DNA of 63,130 nt, filler included, from Blastocystis sp. subtype 4 (lineage: Eukaryota), in assembly GCF_000743755.1 (NCBI RefSeq). It is 16 parts of 16 records of this genome, joined end to end, with 100 filler letters (N's around TTAATTAATTAA, not from the genome) between each part and the next. Parts side by side here need not be neighbours in the genome. Positions count along the whole stretch, not along the records: positions 59,880 to 63,130 come from NW_014568967.1; 15 more parts are not named here. One strand, 5' to 3'. Below are positions 60,363-63,130 of this stretch, piece after piece (the stretch's first letter is position 1; every line of letters begins with the position of its first letter). Under the pieces are notes generated by a model. It was given only the letters and a program-made list of their open reading frames with translations. It ran no database searches and was not told the origin of the DNA. The position numbers were made by a program, and so were the translations under genes.

Positions 60363-63130
60363 TTAAACCTTAATCTGCTTTCCAGAAGACTTTGTGGACT
60401 TCTTCGTCTGCGCAGACTTTACTGATTTCTTACTTTTCACGCCACCTACCGCCTTTGGTTTCTTTCCAGATCTCATCAGAATGATAACGACAAAAGCAAT
60501 AACCACAAGCACAACAATCACAATTAACACAATAGCAATAACGGGTATACACACTCCTGATGCATTCTGCCACACTCCATCAGTCTCTCCCAATACACAA
60601 GCACGCTTCTGAGTACCCACATAACTACCATGCATGGCGCAATCATATTCAGCCACCTTATCAACTTCAGTAGCAGGGAATACACCCTCTGCAATGCACT
60701 GACCCTTACGCACATGGATTCCAATAGTGGTTTGAGTAGCTCCTGACTGATTCTCACCATAAATAGTGAAAGCCGTCAAGTCCTGAGTATCTGTAGGAGT
60801 ACCTGAGATTTCACCAGTCTTCTCATTCAGACTCAATCCAACAGGAAGGAACACTCCAGTATCAACATACCAACGCTCCACAATATTCTTCACTGTGGGA
60901 ACACCTGTAGTCACAGTCGTTCCCATTACAAATCTGTACTGAGAGTGTGTGTAGTGAGCATCAAATGGAAGCTTCTGTACACAATGATCCATCTTCACCT
61001 CACCCAACACACCTCCAGAACACTCACGATATGAATAACCTCTGTAACCCTCAGGACAATAGGATGGCGAGATTTGACCCTCAGCTACCGAAGGATAGTT
61101 GCCAATTGAAGGACACACGTTTCCAGTTGCCTTGCAATATGCCATATGGACAGAACTCAGATCAGTTGTAGTGGAGCCAGTATCCGTGACTTGCCAGCGA
61201 TATCTGCGGAATCCAGCCAGAGCCACCGGAACGGGGATTTGAGGCTTCTTTCTGTCAGTTACAGTCTGATCTAGTACATTCAGAACCGTAATAGGCTCCT
61301 CTTCCGTATTGTCAGGGTTGAAAAAGGCATTGATCCTGAAGCCCCAAGAAGAGACGGTAGATCCTCCAACCATGTTGAATGAATTCCATTTGCTTCCTTC
61401 CAGATTCTCAACAGTCCAATCAATATAGGCTCCAATCGTATTAGGAAGCTGGCCCACGGTGTAAGGATCCAAATCCATGATATCAGCAAGAGTACCTGAA
61501 CTGGGATTCGTAGAAGTGAGAGAAGAATAGGAATCAACAACAGTAGAACAGTCATCAACTCCAAATACTCCAGTAGCATCAAACACAACAGGATCAGAAG
61601 ACGTACCACCGACACGACGATGAATCTCGAAACTGAATACATTAGTACCTTCTTGAATTCCAGCTGTTGCCAGAATCACATGGAACTTCGAGAACACACT
61701 AGAATCATGATCAGTGATTGATAGACTCGAAGAAGTAAATTCTTCTTCAAGATTGAATCGAGCAACCAGATTTCCATTCAGATAGGCAGCCACTCCTCCA
61801 GAATACTTCACTCGAACATTCAACACTTGGTAATCATTCAATTGGTAATCATTCACTCCACTCATTGTGAAACTCTTTCGGATATATGTTGTGATTGAAG
61901 AAGTCGAAGGAATGACAGCAGCCTTGTATGTGTTCCAAGTGGAATCATCGAAACTGACAGTATTCCAATTACTGGGCACATCGTCACTCTGTATCACCTT
62001 CCAATCTGTGTATTCAATCTGGAAAGGGAAATACGTTGAGAACACAGTTGATACATACACAGGTTTCGTTCCACTATTCATTTCCATGATATCCAACTCC
62101 ATCTCTCCCAAATCAACAGTCAAAGTGTAACCAGTTCCTACAGACCATCCATCTCCATATGAATCAGATCCTTCAAATGTGTATATTCCATCATTCAAAC
62201 AGAAATCAACATAGTAATAAGCACTCGATACAGGGAATAAAGATACTGATTGAAGAACAGTTCCTGAGGTTCCTCTTCCCTGATACAATTTCCATGAATT
62301 CTCAGCCGGAAAACTATCAGCTCTGAAACGAACAGTCATCAGACTCCTGCCATTTGTGCAAATTGTAACTGATAGAGAGATAGTGGCAGTCACATCTCCT
62401 CCACTAATCTTTGTACCAGTGATAGTGTAGGTTTGAGCAGGACTCTCAGCAGTGGCAGTACCTGAAATCCAACCAGTGTGAGGATCCAAAACAATACCAG
62501 CAGGGAAAGCAGGAGAGACTCTGAAGTTCATGTAATGATCATTATTCTCAGGAATCACTTCAGCCATTTCAACATCCTTGAAAATAGTGATTGAAGAATC
62601 ATAAGTGAAGTTAGGAATATCAGCCATCACATTATCAGCAAACAGATCCAGAGATTGAACATACCAAGTGCAATCAGAGGTATCACCAGTAGCAAAATCC
62701 TCAAACTTGAATTGATTGTAAGGAGTATTGTTAGCTAAATAAATCTTTCTCTTCTGACCAGCAGTTGAATAAGTGATACCAGTGACTTCCTTCAGAAGTG
62801 TCCATTCATCTGTTCCCAAGTTACGACCATACAATTTGAACTGTTTAGCCTGTTTACCACTGTTAGTTCCTGTGTAATAGTTCTGAATCTGAACAGAACT
62901 GATCCATTCACGACGATTGTTTGATAGAGTTACAATCAGAGAATTGGTAGCACAGGTTGAATAATAGATGTAGGTACTAAAATACATATCGAAAGGATAA
63001 GTAGCACCTCCACTCATTCCAGACATAGTTCCAGTATATTCCCAGATATGAGATTCAGATTGTTCTGATGCCATCAAACGAACAACTGCATCGAAATAGG
63101 ATGTGGTGTAACTGTCAGCAATAGCAACAA
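60363..63130 (-). CDS. Large type I membrane surface protein, C-terminal half
   Basis: Open frame to the window end. YSGGVAAYLNG, two Ig repeats (PAGIVLDPHTGWISG, PVGLSLNEKTGEISG), Cys modules, a TM segment (IAIVLIVIVVLVVIAFVVIILM) and a basic tail. Confidence 0.85.
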   Translation of the reverse strand, partial: VAIADSYTTSYFDAVVRLMASEQSESHIWEYTGTMSGMSGGATYPFDMYFSTYIYYSTCATNSLIVTLSNNRREWISSVQIQNYYTGTNSGKQAKQFKLYGRNLGTDEWTLLKEVTGITYSTAGQKRKIYLANNTPYNQFKFEDFATGDTSDCTWYVQSLDLFADNVMADIPNFTYDSSITIFKDVEMAEVIPENNDHYMNFRVSPAFPAGIVLDPHTGWISGTATAESPAQTYTITGTKISGGDVTATISLSVTICTNGRSLMTVRFRADSFPAENSWKLYQGRGTSGTVLQSVSLFPVSSAYYYVDFCLNDGIYTFEGSDSYGDGWSVGTGYTLTVDLGEMELDIMEMNSGTKPVYVSTVFSTYFPFQIEYTDWKVIQSDDVPSNWNTVSFDDSTWNTYKAAVIPSTSSITTYIRKSFTMSGVNDYQLNDYQVLNVRVKYSGGVAAYLNGNLVARFNLEEEFTSSSLSITDHDSSVFSKFHVILATAGIQEGTNVFSFEIHRRVGGTSSDPVVFDATGVFGVDDCSTVVDSYSSLTSTNPSSGTLADIMDLDPYTVGQLPNTIGAYIDWTVENLEGSKWNSFNMVGGSTVSSWGFRINAFFNPDNTEEEPITVLNVLDQTVTDRKKPQIPVPVALAGFRRYRWQVTDTGSTTTDLSSVHMAYCKATGNVCPSIGNYPSVAEGQISPSYCPEGYRGYSYRECSGGVLGEVKMDHCVQKLPFDAHYTHSQYRFVMGTTVTTGVPTVKNIVERWYVDTGVFLPVGLSLNEKTGEISGTPTDTQDLTAFTIYGENQSGATQTTIGIHVRKGQCIAEGVFPATEVDKVAEYDCAMHGSYVGTQKRACVLGETDGVWQNASGVCIPVIAIVLIVIVVLVVIAFVVIILMRSGKKPKAVGGVKSKKSVKSAQTKKSTKSSGKQIKV

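Overview
This is not one contiguous locus. It is 16 short contigs (mostly ~3.3-3.4 kb, plus one of 9.1 kb and one of 5.3 kb) joined by an artificial 100-nt spacer (44 N + TTAATTAATTAA + 44 N). The DNA is eukaryotic and gene-dense, with ~24-31-nt spliceosomal introns and a TGTTTGTT motif just downstream of many stop codons. These traits point to the anaerobic gut stramenopile Blastocystis (inference). Recognisable host genes are TRRAP/Tra1, prefoldin 5, a double-domain cathepsin Z-like protease, legumain, PIG-M, a TAPT1-like protein, cullin, VDAC, a P4-ATPase, ING, a two-RRM protein and a biotin carboxylase. Two expanded families are also present: MORN/LRR proteins and large Ig-repeat surface proteins. 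Highlights: (1) four intronless, mostly decayed pieces on four different contigs resemble parts of an endogenous Polinton-like/virophage-like virus, namely a PolA-like (TVpol)-SF3 helicase fusion, two penton/minor-capsid-like genes and an amphipathic-helix/GG-motif virion-like protein; (2) an intact, intron-containing gene with rifampicin-phosphotransferase (RPH) architecture; (3) a class II B12-dependent ribonucleotide reductase with an apparent organellar targeting peptide; (4) a bacterial-type acyl-CoA synthetase-GNAT fusion whose catalytic His motif is deleted in this assembly. All protein calls come from motif recognition by eye; no database searches were run.
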